Below are positions 28,576-38,904 of a DNA stretch of 64,000 bases, in pieces. Below the pieces are notes generated by a model that was not told the DNA's origin, did no database searches, and saw nothing but the letters and a program-made list of their open reading frames with translations. The position numbers were made by a program, and so were the translations under genes. Position 1 is the first letter of the stretch. Each line of letters starts with the position of its first letter. This stretch comes from Actinomycetota bacterium (lineage in GTDB: Bacteria > Actinomycetota > Aquicultoria > Aquicultorales > Aquicultoraceae). The stretch lies in assembly GCA_014859275.1 (NCBI GenBank), contig JACUUO010000001.1, forward strand, positions 13,865 through 77,864. The letters run 5' to 3'.

Positions 28576-30063
28576 TCACTCTTCCCGAATTTCCTGCAAG
28601 TACTGTGCCCTTTTTATCGCTTTATCAATTCGGCTCATTATCTCGGCCCTATCCAATATATTTAAGACATGCGGCAATTCCGGCCCCTTGATGCTGCCCG
28701 TAAGCGCAACCCGAATTGGCATGAAGAGATCTTTCCCAGTAATCCCAAGCGGCTTAAAGGCCTGGCGTATCAGGCCCATTATCTTCTTGCCGCCTTCAAT
28801 GTCCAGCTCTCCGCGATTGTAGATCAGGCCGAGAAGGGCGTCTAAAACCTCCGGCGCATGTGGCTTTATGAGCCACTTATCCGCTTCGGGCTCTATCTCG
28901 TACTCACCTAGGAATATTTTAGCATACTCGGGTATCTCGGATAGCACGGTCAGGTTGCCGCGAACGGCCTCGATTATCTTCATTAACCGCGCGAAATCCT
29001 TTTTTGAGAGCCCTCCCTCTGGAAGCAACCCCGCCTCTCTCAAGTAGGGGATGCAGATATTCGTTATTCTTTCTAGACTAGCCAGCCTTATGTGTTGCCC
29101 ACTTAGCCAGTTGAGCTTATTGATATCAAATATCGCCGGACTTTTTGATATTCGCTCGATGGTAAATGCCCAGGCAAGTTCTTCAAGTGAGAATATCTCA
29201 CGGGTATCCTCTGGGGCCCAGCTCAAAAGAGCTAGGTAATTATTTATTGCCTCGGGGAGATACCCGTTTGCCCTATATTCACTCACTGAGGTCGCGCCAT
29301 GTCTCTTGCTTAGCTTACCCCCATCTGGACCGAGAATCATCGCATTATGCGCAAATTTTGGAACCGGGTAACCGAGCGCCATGAATAGCGGTATGTGTTT
29401 TGCGGTGTTAGTGATATGGTCCTCGCCCCTTATAACATGCGTAATCCTCATCTCGCCGTCGTCGACAACGACGGCGAGATGATAAGATGGGGAACCATCT
29501 GAACGTAATATGACGAAGTCACCGATAACATCGCTTGAGAACTCTATATCGCCCCTTGTAATATCATGAACCACGATTCTTCCATCCGGCACCCGGAAGC
29601 GTATGGCTGGCTTTCTGCCCTGAGCCATACATTCGGCCTCCTGCTCCTCGGTCAGCAAGCGACATGTGCCTTCATATTTAGGCATTAAGCCTGCAGCAAG
29701 CATTGCCTTTCTTCGCTCCTCAAGCTCTTTGGGAGTGCAATAGCAGCGATATGCCTGTCCTAATCGGATTAGCTCATCGGCTTTTTGCTGGTAGAGTTCG
29801 AACCTTTCGCTCTGCCTATAAGGACCGTACTTGCCACCAATATCAGGACCCTCATCCCAATTGAGACCCATCCATGCAAGGTCCTCGAGGATTGACTCCT
29901 CAAAGATAACCGTCGATCGGCTCCTGTCGGTATCCTCGATCCTCACTATGAAGACACCCTGCTGCCTCCTGGCATAGAGCCAGTTCAAAAGGGCAGTGCG
30001 TGCGGTACCTATGTGAAGGTGCCCCGTAGGGCTCGGTGCAAATCTCACGCGCACTTCGTTCAT
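28576..30063 (-). CDS. gltX: glutamate--tRNA ligase
   Basis: 495 aa. RFAPSPTGHLHIGTART (HIGH) and KLSKRHG (KMSKS) are present. Confidence 0.97.
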   Translation of the reverse strand: MNEVRVRFAPSPTGHLHIGTARTALLNWLYARRQQGVFIVRIEDTDRSRSTVIFEESILEDLAWMGLNWDEGPDIGGKYGPYRQSERFELYQQKADELIRLGQAYRCYCTPKELEERRKAMLAAGLMPKYEGTCRLLTEEQEAECMAQGRKPAIRFRVPDGRIVVHDITRGDIEFSSDVIGDFVILRSDGSPSYHLAVVVDDGEMRITHVIRGEDHITNTAKHIPLFMALGYPVPKFAHNAMILGPDGGKLSKRHGATSVSEYRANGYLPEAINNYLALLSWAPEDTREIFSLEELAWAFTIERISKSPAIFDINKLNWLSGQHIRLASLERITNICIPYLREAGLLPEGGLSKKDFARLMKIIEAVRGNLTVLSEIPEYAKIFLGEYEIEPEADKWLIKPHAPEVLDALLGLIYNRGELDIEGGKKIMGLIRQAFKPLGITGKDLFMPIRVALTGSIKGPELPHVLNILDRAEIMSRIDKAIKRAQYLQEIREE

Positions 30064-30071
30064 GACTCTCC

Positions 30072-30563
30072 TTAAATCTCCTCTACTAATGCAACCGCCT
30101 GTGCAGCTACACCTTTGCGCCTGCCTATATAGCCAAGCCCTTCGGTCGTCGTCGCTTTAATGCTGATCTTCGAGATATCCAAACCGGTTGCCGCAGATAT
30201 CTCTTCCCTCATTCGCTGCTTAAAAGGCCCTAACTTCGGCTCTTCAAGTATAGCAATTGCATCGATGTTAGAAATCCGATATCCTTTATCGCGCAATATC
30301 TCCACCGCATCTTTTAACAACTCGATACTTGAAATGCCCCTAAACTTCGCATCAGTATCGGGAAAATAATATCCCAAATCGCCCGCAGCAACCGCGCCAA
30401 GCATCGCATCGATAATCGCGTGTGTCAACACATCAGCATCCGAGTGTCCCTCCAGCCCCATTTCAAACGGGATATCCACCCCGCCTAAAATAAGCGGGCG
30501 CCCAGAAACAAATTTATGCACGTCAAAACCGATTCCTATCCTCATTGTCTCCAACTTCACCAA
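30072..30563 (-). CDS. ispF: 2-C-methyl-D-erythritol 2,4-cyclodiphosphate synthase
   Basis: 163 aa. IGIGFDVHKF, GHSDADVLTHA and the ATTTEGLGYIGRRKG-type motif are present. Confidence 0.95.
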   Translation of the reverse strand: MVKLETMRIGIGFDVHKFVSGRPLILGGVDIPFEMGLEGHSDADVLTHAIIDAMLGAVAAGDLGYYFPDTDAKFRGISSIELLKDAVEILRDKGYRISNIDAIAILEEPKLGPFKQRMREEISAATGLDISKISIKATTTEGLGYIGRRKGVAAQAVALVEEI

Positions 30564-30590
30564 CTTTTATCGTCAACAAAACCGCTAGCA

Positions 30591-31307
30591 CTAACTAGAT
30601 CTAGGGCGCATTTCCCCCTGCTCGGTTCTTCTTTTCAGTATTGCCTCGGCTACGACTAGATCGGACGGCATGGTGATCTTTATATTCTCATCGGAGCCCG
30701 GGACAATCTTTACCTTGCCGCCGGCCCTCTCGACCAGAACCGAGTCGTCCGTACCATAATATCCTTCAGCTCTCGCCCTGTCATGAGCGCGCAAGAGATC
30801 ATCGAAGCGGAAGACCTGCGGCGTCTGTACCTGCCATGTTACCGCCCTATCAAGGGTTTCAACTACATAGCCTTCGCGAACCAATTTTATGGTATCTTTG
30901 GCAGGAGTGCCCACGATAGCACCGTCGCAATCATCTATAGCGCCGGTCACCTTATCTATTAACCCCGGCTCAACAAGTGGTCTTGCACCATCGTGCACCA
31001 CCACTATGTTAGCTTTTTCAAACTCTGTTGCCGCCAGCAGGCCACTATATACCGAATCCTGCCTCTCATCTCCGCCAATAACTACCCGATCGAACTTTGT
31101 AATATTATATCTATCGATAACGGCAAGGCACTTTTCAAAATTCTCGGCGGCGGTCACAACTATTATCGAGTCGATCAACGATGCTTGCTGAAAAGATGTG
31201 AGCGCATGGGCAAGGACTGGTTTTCCCACTAAGGGCAGAAATTGTTTACCTTCCTCTCTCTCCATACGCCTGCCTTTTCCAGCTGCGACAATCAACGCCA
31301 GGTTCAC
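30591..31307 (-). CDS. ispD: 2-C-methyl-D-erythritol 4-phosphate cytidylyltransferase
   Basis: 238 aa. IVAAGKGRRM, VHDGARP and TPQVF are present. Confidence 0.93.
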   Translation of the reverse strand: MNLALIVAAGKGRRMEREEGKQFLPLVGKPVLAHALTSFQQASLIDSIIVVTAAENFEKCLAVIDRYNITKFDRVVIGGDERQDSVYSGLLAATEFEKANIVVVHDGARPLVEPGLIDKVTGAIDDCDGAIVGTPAKDTIKLVREGYVVETLDRAVTWQVQTPQVFRFDDLLRAHDRARAEGYYGTDDSVLVERAGGKVKIVPGSDENIKITMPSDLVVAEAILKRRTEQGEMRPRSS

Positions 31308-31326
31308 GCTATTATATCACCGTCCA

Positions 31327-32406
31327 TTAGCTTTTCATCCGACCAAAAATCATGCGACCAGCGGGAGTCTGAAGCACACTTGTCACCAATATCTCGACCT
31401 CTTCACCGACATGCACCCTACCGCCATCAACAACGACCATGGTGCCATCATCCAAATAACCCACACCCTGACCTGCTTCCTTGCCCTCACGAATGAGGCC
31501 CACAAACATCTCTTCTCCAGGCAAGACTACCGGCTTAAGCGAATTTGCAAGCTCGTTTAGATTCAAAACCTGAACTCCCTGAAGTTCGGCGATTTTGTTC
31601 AGGTTGTAATCGTTGGTTAGTATCGGGGAATTTGTCTCGCTACCGAGCCTCACAAGCTTAGCATCAACGTCAGTTAGATCTGGATAATCTCTCTCCAATA
31701 TCTCGAGGTGTAACCTGGGCTCGTTCTGGAGGCTTTTTAATATGTCAAGCCCTCTTCTTCCCCTATTACGCTTGAGTGGATCCTCTGAATCAGCTACTGT
31801 TTGAAGCTCCCTTAGTACGAATCTCGGTATAGTAAGCATTCCCTCAATAAATCCAGTTTTCGCAACATCGGCGATGCGCCCGTCGATAATCACGCTAGTG
31901 TCTAAGAGTTTTGTTGTGCCCAGGTCAAGCTTACCCGGCGCAACAACGTGAGGTTTCGCAACAGGCAAAGGCACCGCGCGCATGAATAATCGCAGGTCCT
32001 CTTTTTTCTTTAAAGATATTCGAACACCCAGGTATCCGAGCACCACAAACGCAAAAATCGCAACGGAGAATTTAAGGAAGGGTATCTCGATATAGCCAAA
32101 GGGTATCGATACTAGCCAGGCTAGAACCAGCCCGGACAGTAAACCGGTGAGCGCAAGGAGAAGATCGGCTGTTGGTAATTTTTGTGCCTTGTGCTCCAAC
32201 CAACTCAATGTCATTATCAACCGACGCCCAATTACACCACCGAGAACATAACCGATACCGATTCCAATGATAATATATAGGATAAGTGCAGAATACCTTA
32301 TTTTGGACAACGGTTCCGGCATGGGGATGGTATTGGCCAACTGATAGGCCCCTATGGCGCCAGTTACAATGAATACAACTCGTATTAACTGTAACACTAC
32401 TAACAC
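31327..32406 (-). CDS. yacL: PIN/TRAM domain membrane protein (YacL-like)
   Basis: 359 aa. It has N-terminal TM helices, a PIN domain (LLDTSVIIDGRI...TNDYNLNK) and a C-terminal TRAM domain (GEEVEILVTSVLQTPAGRMIFGR). Confidence 0.85.
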   Translation of the reverse strand: MLVVLQLIRVVFIVTGAIGAYQLANTIPMPEPLSKIRYSALILYIIIGIGIGYVLGGVIGRRLIMTLSWLEHKAQKLPTADLLLALTGLLSGLVLAWLVSIPFGYIEIPFLKFSVAIFAFVVLGYLGVRISLKKKEDLRLFMRAVPLPVAKPHVVAPGKLDLGTTKLLDTSVIIDGRIADVAKTGFIEGMLTIPRFVLRELQTVADSEDPLKRNRGRRGLDILKSLQNEPRLHLEILERDYPDLTDVDAKLVRLGSETNSPILTNDYNLNKIAELQGVQVLNLNELANSLKPVVLPGEEMFVGLIREGKEAGQGVGYLDDGTMVVVDGGRVHVGEEVEILVTSVLQTPAGRMIFGRMKS

Positions 32407-32700
32407 CCCATTGCTTTATTCTAAGTCTAGATATTGCAAGTAGCTTTTTACATAGGCACCTCCTCCCTACAACCAACTACTGCACGATTAGCATTCTTAA
32501 GAATATCATAGTTGCCCCAACATTATCCATGAACGCAGCAAATATGTACTAATTATTGTATAAAATTATTGAACAGGCAGGTCATGCATCCTTAGTAACC
32601 TATCCCTAGCCTATATAGGCCACCTTAATCACTAAGCTCAGTTTGTTTAATGTAGTATCAGGGTAGCCTGAATGATTAATCGTCAAAGCCCATCTTCAGC

Positions 32701-32729
32701 TTGACAACTGCAGGCAGAGTCCGTACAAT
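32701..32729 (+). promoter_or_regulatory. near-consensus sigma-70 promoter (TTGACA-17-TACAAT)
   Basis: TTGACA at 32701-32706, a 17 nt spacer, then TACAAT at 32724-32729. The AAGGAG SD is at 32749-32754 and the ATG at 32760. Confidence 0.7.
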
Positions 32730-32759
32730 TAATCAGGCGTAAGCGGTTAAGGAGTGCTC

Positions 32760-33155
32760 ATGAGCGATAAGAATTGCCAGCAATTCCAAAATACTGTATC
32801 AGAGTGCCTTGTTCGTCACCGCAGTATCCTCGATGTTATGTCGAAACTCCAGGAATCAAGCGCCCATGTAAACAGGGCAATAGTAAAATCGATAACAACC
32901 TGTGGCTGCTTGAGGGTAGATGCGACCAAACAACCGATCCCGGCCTATGCTACCCTACCCGAAATGATTGATTATGTGCAAACCCACCTCGAAGGATCGC
33001 TGTGCCCGAACTGTCTCGAAGACCTAGAAAACGAACTCGGCAATACGTTATTCTACCTTGCTGGATTATGCAACATCCTCGGATTAAGAATGGATAGGAT
33101 AATATGCAGGGAGAACGATCGACTCGAGACGCTCGGGGTATTTAATCTTACGTAG
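32760..33155 (+). CDS. hypothetical Cys-containing protein (C-x-C ... C-x2-C) with a weak MazG-like helix motif
   Basis: 131 aa from the ATG at 32760 (the track starts at GTG 32754). It has a strong promoter and SD. TTCGC and CPNC could form a 4-Cys site. ENELGNTLFYLAGLCNILGL resembles the E-x2-E/GD-x-L-F-Y-L helix of MazG-type NTP pyrophosphohydrolases, but with N replacing D. Confidence 0.6.
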   Translation: MSDKNCQQFQNTVSECLVRHRSILDVMSKLQESSAHVNRAIVKSITTCGCLRVDATKQPIPAYATLPEMIDYVQTHLEGSLCPNCLEDLENELGNTLFYLAGLCNILGLRMDRIICRENDRLETLGVFNLT

Positions 33156-33165
33156 GATCTTTGCT

Positions 33166-34239
33166 TTAAATATACCTTTCCAGGATATTGTATTCTTTCA
33201 GTCTCTGTAGACCGTGCTTAATCGCTTTCGCCCTTATCTCACCAACCCCATCAACCTTATCGAGTTCTTCGATACTGGCATTCATTATCGATTGTAGATC
33301 GTGGAATTTATTTATGATCCTCTCGATAACACTCATGGGGAGCCTTGGAATTTTACTGAGTAATCGATATCCTCTCGGATGAACAGGTTGCTCAAGAAGA
33401 TCAACCGTCTCTTTATATCCAAGTATTCGGGCGATCTCAGTAAGATCAAGGAGTTCCTCGGGTGTCAAACTTACAAGTTGTTCCTTGACCTCGCCCACCT
33501 TTTTCAAGTCAAGTATATAGTCTTTGATAATCATTACGGATTGCTCCTCGGTACTTCCGACCAATTCATCTAGCTGCATCCGTATGAGACGCCCCTCGGT
33601 CCCAAGTTCGCTAATATACCGTTCTATTTCACGAGATACGCGGCCAACCATCTCGGAGCGCTGCAGGACAGTTACTACATCAAGCAGGGTCACCAGGTCT
33701 TCAAATTCAAGCGCACTCAAGTTTGCCAGTACCTCGTCAAGGCGGACCTTATACTTTTCAAGCGTTTGAAGAGCTTGATTTGCCTTTGCAAGAAGAATTC
33801 TTATATCTTGAAGTGCGTACTTTATGCCATCAAGGTAAAGGGAGATGACATCTCGCTTCTGCGATATCGAGACCACCAAAGCTTTGGTCTGTCTAGCCAC
33901 CCTCTCAGCGGTGCGGTGGCGCATTCCAGTCTCGCTGGTTGGAAGGGTCGGGTCCGGCACGAGGTGAACATTTGCTCTTAGAATACGGCTTAAATCCCCA
34001 TCTAAAAGTATCGCCCCATCCATCTTGGCTAGCTCGAACAACCGCTGAGCAGAAAATTCAATTGTGAGCTCAAAACCGCCATTACAGAGTGGCTCAACCT
34101 CTTGAATATCACCAATTACAATGAGCGCACCGGTACGCGCGCTTAGGATATTCTCCAGCCCTTCCCGAAGCTCCGTACCGGGGGCGACTTTCCCCAGTAC
34201 CTTTACTAATTCTTTTTCTTCCCGACGGCTTAATTGCAT
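33166..34239 (-). CDS. disA: DNA integrity scanning protein DisA (diadenylate cyclase)
   Basis: 357 aa. It has a DAC domain (GALIVIGD, DGAILLD, GMRHRTAERV) and a C-terminal HhH (VDGVGEIRAKAI). Confidence 0.95.
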   Translation of the reverse strand: MQLSRREEKELVKVLGKVAPGTELREGLENILSARTGALIVIGDIQEVEPLCNGGFELTIEFSAQRLFELAKMDGAILLDGDLSRILRANVHLVPDPTLPTSETGMRHRTAERVARQTKALVVSISQKRDVISLYLDGIKYALQDIRILLAKANQALQTLEKYKVRLDEVLANLSALEFEDLVTLLDVVTVLQRSEMVGRVSREIERYISELGTEGRLIRMQLDELVGSTEEQSVMIIKDYILDLKKVGEVKEQLVSLTPEELLDLTEIARILGYKETVDLLEQPVHPRGYRLLSKIPRLPMSVIERIINKFHDLQSIMNASIEELDKVDGVGEIRAKAIKHGLQRLKEYNILERYI

Positions 34240-34441
34240 TCAATCACCCGCTGCAAACTGCGCAAAAGCAAATAGATTAGCTTGCTCTGCGCTCATATAA
34301 TGAAGATCAAAAACAACTAGCTTGATTTAAAATCACTATCCCAACCATTAATAGTCTATAATAATCAATTTTTCCTCTTAAATCCATCGGTGAAAACCGC
34401 CTAATAGTTTAGCTATGCTGCAAAAATAGCCATTAGCTATC

Positions 34442-34694
34442 AGTTAGTAGTTCATAGTTAGTAGATTATAGAGCAGTGCCTACATCTCTTACCCACATTA
34501 ACTGGTAACTGGATACCCACACTTCCTACCCACACCCTGCAGCACTATCGAAGATCGCCCGATAAATCGGGCAACTACGGGCGGACACAGGGTCCGCCCC
34601 TACAGCACTGGATAACTTCTACCCACGTCTCTTACCCACATCCCCGGTCCCTGGACCCTGGTCCCTAATTCACCGATTCACCGATTCACCGATC
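34442..34694 (-). repeat. Mosaic intergenic repeat, copy D
   Basis: On the plus strand the heptamers AGTTAGTAGTTCATAGTTAGTAG come first, then CTACATCTCTTACCCACA, ATACCCACACTTCCTACCCACA and CTGCAGCACTATCGAA. Next are GCCCGAT-aaa-TCGGGC (34557-34572) and GGGCGGAC-acagg-GTCCGCCC (34579-34599). It finishes with CTACCCACGTCTCTTACCCACA, GGTCCCTGGACCCTGGTCCCT and (CACCGATT)x3. It ends 10 nt from the radA stop. Confidence 0.9.
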
Positions 34695-34704
34695 TCCTAC
34701 AGCA

Positions 34705-36063
34705 TTAATCGATAAGATCCAGGGCTTGCCTTACAGTTCTAACCCTCAGTAGCTCTATATCGAGGTGTTTTGCATTTCTAATTTCCTGATCGGGGATGAT
34801 TGCTTTTTCGAAGCCTAGTTTAGCAGCCTCCTTAAGCCTTTGCTCTAATTGGCTGACAAACCGTACCTCTCCGGCTAAGCCCACCTCTCCTACCACCAAA
34901 GTATCCTTTGGCACTGCGATATCTTTATGGGCAGATGCTACAGCTAGCGCAATCCCCAAGTCTGCAGCCGGTTCATTTACTTTTATACCGCCAACAACGT
35001 TTACATATACATCTTCCTGGCCGAGATGAAGCCCGATGCGCCGGTCGAGAACGGCAACCATAAGGGATAACCTGTTGTAATCGAGCCCCGTTGCCATACG
35101 TCGCGGCATGGAGAGATGTGAGGATGTAACGAGCGCCTGCAATTCAACCAGAAGCGGCCTTGTCCCTTCCATAACTGCAGTAACGACCGATCCCGAAGGA
35201 TCTTCTAGTCTCTGGCTTAAGAAAAGCGCGGAAGGGTTTTCTACTTCGGTCAAGCCGGAATCGGTCATTTCGAAGACTCCGATCTCATTAGTCGGTCCGT
35301 AGCGGTTCTTTACCGCCCGCACAATCCTAAAAGATTGGTAACTATCGCCCTCAAAATAAAGAACCGTGTCGACCATGTGCTCTAGCACCCGAGGACCAGC
35401 GATTGAGCCTTCCTTGGTGACGTGTCCAACTATAAAAGTTGGCAGGTGGATCTGCTTTGCAATCCTCATTAGATAATGTGTACACTCCCGGACTTGGCTT
35501 ACGCTCCCTGGAGCAGATGGCACATCCGGGTGAAACATCGTCTGGATTGAATCGATAACAACAAGCGCCGGCTCAACCGATCTTAAGTGATGCTCAATCA
35601 AAGTTATATCGATCTCGGAAAGGAGAAGGAGGTTCTGTGATAGAGCTCCCAGCCGATTTGCCCTTAAGCCTATCTGGCATGTCGATTCCTCACCAGATAC
35701 GATAAGAACTATCCCGATCTTTTTGGCAAGGTTGTTCGCTACCTGGAGTAGGAGGGTTGATTTCCCAACACCCGGCTCACCACCGATTAAAATGAGGGAG
35801 CCCGGAACAATTCCGCCACCGAGGACGCGGTCGAACTCAGACAGGTCCGTCGGGGTCCTGATTTCTTCCTCGGTCGCAATGCTCGTTATCGATTGAGGAA
35901 CTCCCTCAACCGGACTGGAACTCGCCTTGGAAACCGAAATGCCAGGCCCAATGGGTTCCTCAACCATGGTATTCCACTCACCACAGTCGGGGCACCGCCC
36001 CATCCATTTAGGGGCGGTGCACCCGCATACCTGGCATCTAACTATATATTTGGTTCTGCTCAT
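34705..36063 (-). CDS. radA: DNA repair protein RadA/Sms
   Basis: 452 aa. It has an N-terminal Zn ribbon ([21 protein letters not shown]), a Walker A motif ([10 protein letters not shown]), KNRYG and a Lon-like C-terminal domain. Confidence 0.95.
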   Translation of the reverse strand: MSRTKYIVRCQVCGCTAPKWMGRCPDCGEWNTMVEEPIGPGISVSKASSSPVEGVPQSITSIATEEEIRTPTDLSEFDRVLGGGIVPGSLILIGGEPGVGKSTLLLQVANNLAKKIGIVLIVSGEESTCQIGLRANRLGALSQNLLLLSEIDITLIEHHLRSVEPALVVIDSIQTMFHPDVPSAPGSVSQVRECTHYLMRIAKQIHLPTFIVGHVTKEGSIAGPRVLEHMVDTVLYFEGDSYQSFRIVRAVKNRYGPTNEIGVFEMTDSGLTEVENPSALFLSQRLEDPSGSVVTAVMEGTRPLLVELQALVTSSHLSMPRRMATGLDYNRLSLMVAVLDRRIGLHLGQEDVYVNVVGGIKVNEPAADLGIALAVASAHKDIAVPKDTLVVGEVGLAGEVRFVSQLEQRLKEAAKLGFEKAIIPDQEIRNAKHLDIELLRVRTVRQALDLID

Positions 36064-38525
36064 GCCTTATGCCCGCCAGCCGTACCGACCGTTGCTGGTT
36101 CAAGCTTGCGAAAATCAAGCTTGCCATCTTTGATATCAATAACTATTTTATCACCGGCTCTGAAGTAGCCGGAGAGCAAGCCCTCCGATAGCGGGTCTTC
36201 AATAAACCGCTGTATCGCCCGGCGCAGTGGTCTTGCACCCATCGCCGGCTCGTAGCCCTCTTTTACTAGGAACTCCTTCGCCTCGTCGAGCAACTCTACT
36301 TCAACAGCTTGTTCCTTAAGCTGATCAACAATTCTCTTAAACATGAGATCAACGATCTTTTTAATATCCTCTTTCTTCAGCTCATGGAAGACGATAACAT
36401 CCTCGATCCTATTTAAGAATTCCGGGCGGAACGTCTTCTTGATCTCTCCTATAACCTTTTCCTTCATGTCCTCGTAGGATAGGCCCTCTTGGGCCTTGCC
36501 GAAGCCAAGAGGAGTGCCTTTATGGATGTAACGGGCACCTAGGTTCGAAGTCATGATGAGGACGGTGTTCTTGAAGTCAACCGTACGTCCCTGCGCATCT
36601 GTTAAACGACCATCTTCCAGTATTTGAAGCAATACGTTAAAGACGTCAGGGTGCGCCTTTTCAATCTCGTCGAGCAATATCACTGAGTATGGGCGCCTGC
36701 GAACCTGTTCAGTTAACTGACCACCCTCGTCATAACCGATATATCCAGGAGGCGAACCGACCATCCTCGATACGGTATGTTTCTCCATATATTCCGACAT
36801 ATCAAGCTGAATAAGCGCCCCCTCATCGCCAAAGAGGAATTCGGCGAGCGCCTTAGCCAGCTCGGTCTTACCAACACCCGAAGGCCCGAGAAAGATAAAT
36901 GAACCCGATGGGCGTTTTGGATCTTTAAGACCGGCCCTCGTTCTTCTGATCGCCTTAGAGACAGCATTAATAGCCTCTTCCTGGCTAACAATCCTCTTAT
37001 GAAGCTCTCCTTCCATCCGGAGAAGCTTCGATGTTTCTTCCTCCGTCAAACGGAACACTGGGATTCCAGTCCAGGTTGATACGATGTCCGCTATCTGCTC
37101 CTCAGTAACCGTTGCTACCGGAATTTGAGCAAGCGCCTCCCAAGTTGAATCTCTACTCGTCAACTCGACCTCTAGACTCCGCTCTTTATCTCGGATTTTC
37201 GCTGCTTTCTCATAGTCCTGAACCGCGACCGCAGCCTCCTTCTCACGCCGAAGATTGCGTAAATCCTCTTCGATGCTTAAGCTATCATTAGGAGGTATAC
37301 TCATCTTCCGCATGCGTACCTTCGAAGAGGCCTCATCTACGAGATCAATAGCCTTATCTGGTAGAAACCGATCGGCAATATATCGACTAGATAGCTGCGC
37401 CGCAGCAATCAACGCATCATCGGTAATGGTCACCTTATGGTGCTCTTCATAGCGTTCACGCAAACCTTTAAGGATATCCACGGTCTCCTGAACCGACGGT
37501 TCACCGACTACAATCGGTTGGAACCTCCGCTCCAGAGCAGCGTCTTTCTCCACATGCTTGCGGTACTCGTCCAGAGTCGTTGCTCCTATCGTCTGCAACT
37601 CGCCCCTGGCAAGCGCGGGCTTTAAAATACTGGCGGCGTCAATCGCACCTTCAGCAGCACCGGCACCTACGAGGTTGTGCATCTCATCAACGAAGAGAAT
37701 GATATCACCCCGTTCCCGGATCTCCTTCATTACCTTTTTAAGGCGCTCTTCGAATTCGCCGCGGTATTTGGAGCCTGCAACCAGAGCGCCCAGATCAAGG
37801 GTGTATATCTCCTTGTTCTTAAGGATGTCCGGCACATTGTTGTTGGCTATCCGCTGGGCAAGTCCCTCGACAACTGCAGTCTTACCGACACCCGGCTCGC
37901 CGATGAGAACGGGGTTGTTCTTAGTTCTACGGCTTAGAATTTGCATGACCCGTTCGATCTCTTTCTCGCGCCCAATGACCGGGTCGAGTTTCTTCTCGCG
38001 GGCAAGCCTCGTAAGGTTTCGACCGAACTCATCAAGCAGCAGTCCGCTATACGACCTGCCGTAAGTGCTTGGTTCGCTGGTTTTACCATAGTAACCGCTA
38101 AGTAGTTGGATTACCTGGTTTCTGACGCGATCAAGGTCAGCGCCGAGATTATAGAGTACCCTTGCGGCCACTCCCTCACCCTCTCTTATGAGGCCTAAAA
38201 GGATATGCTCGGTTCCGATATAGTTATGGCCGAGCTGTAAAGCCTCACGCAATGAGAGTTCGAGAACTTTCTTTGCTCGCGGTGTAAACGGGATATGACC
38301 AACCGGTGCCGAAGTGCCCCGGCCAATTATCTCTTCGACCTGCGCACGAACATCATATAGACTAATACCCAAGCTCTGGAGTGCCCTTGCCGCAACGCCT
38401 TCTTCTTCTCTTATTAAGCCCAGGAGAAGGTGCTCTGTTCCGATATAGTTTTGGTTGAGCATGCGCGCTTCTTCTTGTGCAAAAACTACAACCCTGCGCG
38501 CTCTCTCTGTAAAACGCTCAAACAC
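36060..38525 (-). CDS. clpC: ATP-dependent Clp protease ATP-binding subunit ClpC
   Basis: 821 aa. It has a Clp_N double repeat, two AAA+ modules (GEPGVGKTA and GPSGVGKTE) and a UVR-like linker. GTG start. No ctsR/mcsA/mcsB lies upstream. Confidence 0.95.
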   Translation of the reverse strand: MFERFTERARRVVVFAQEEARMLNQNYIGTEHLLLGLIREEEGVAARALQSLGISLYDVRAQVEEIIGRGTSAPVGHIPFTPRAKKVLELSLREALQLGHNYIGTEHILLGLIREGEGVAARVLYNLGADLDRVRNQVIQLLSGYYGKTSEPSTYGRSYSGLLLDEFGRNLTRLAREKKLDPVIGREKEIERVMQILSRRTKNNPVLIGEPGVGKTAVVEGLAQRIANNNVPDILKNKEIYTLDLGALVAGSKYRGEFEERLKKVMKEIRERGDIILFVDEMHNLVGAGAAEGAIDAASILKPALARGELQTIGATTLDEYRKHVEKDAALERRFQPIVVGEPSVQETVDILKGLRERYEEHHKVTITDDALIAAAQLSSRYIADRFLPDKAIDLVDEASSKVRMRKMSIPPNDSLSIEEDLRNLRREKEAAVAVQDYEKAAKIRDKERSLEVELTSRDSTWEALAQIPVATVTEEQIADIVSTWTGIPVFRLTEEETSKLLRMEGELHKRIVSQEEAINAVSKAIRRTRAGLKDPKRPSGSFIFLGPSGVGKTELAKALAEFLFGDEGALIQLDMSEYMEKHTVSRMVGSPPGYIGYDEGGQLTEQVRRRPYSVILLDEIEKAHPDVFNVLLQILEDGRLTDAQGRTVDFKNTVLIMTSNLGARYIHKGTPLGFGKAQEGLSYEDMKEKVIGEIKKTFRPEFLNRIEDVIVFHELKKEDIKKIVDLMFKRIVDQLKEQAVEVELLDEAKEFLVKEGYEPAMGARPLRRAIQRFIEDPLSEGLLSGYFRAGDKIVIDIKDGKLDFRKLEPATVGTAGGHKA

Positions 38526-38904
38526 GACTCATTCTCCCTTCTGTCGTCTCTAGCTAGCCTTAACGCACCTTCTGTTGCAATATTTGCGCAGCTACTAACT
38601 GTAATATGCCCACATTTATTTTGACACAAACAGTTAAGTTCATTTTAACACCTATCGGACTCGACGGCGAAAGCAACCGAGTTTTCTTATGCTGGGTAGG
38701 CGTCCACTTTACTGTTGTTTATACAGCCAAACCGGGGCGGTTAGCTGCGGTGATATTTAGCCGTCGATAATATTTATTTACATTATGTATCGGCAATTTA
38801 GCCCCAAGCCATTAAAGCCCTAATTGATTATAACTCTTTTACACTCGGCAGGGATATGGGGACCCGTAATCAAAACCAGACCTGCTCTTGGTTTGTCTTA
38901 TACC

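Noticed and set aside
38526-38904. CtsR operator upstream of clpC
   Set aside because: Only a single GTCAAAA half-site is present (about 38625), rather than the tandem GGTCAAA-NAN-GGTCAAA repeat. No ctsR gene precedes clpC.
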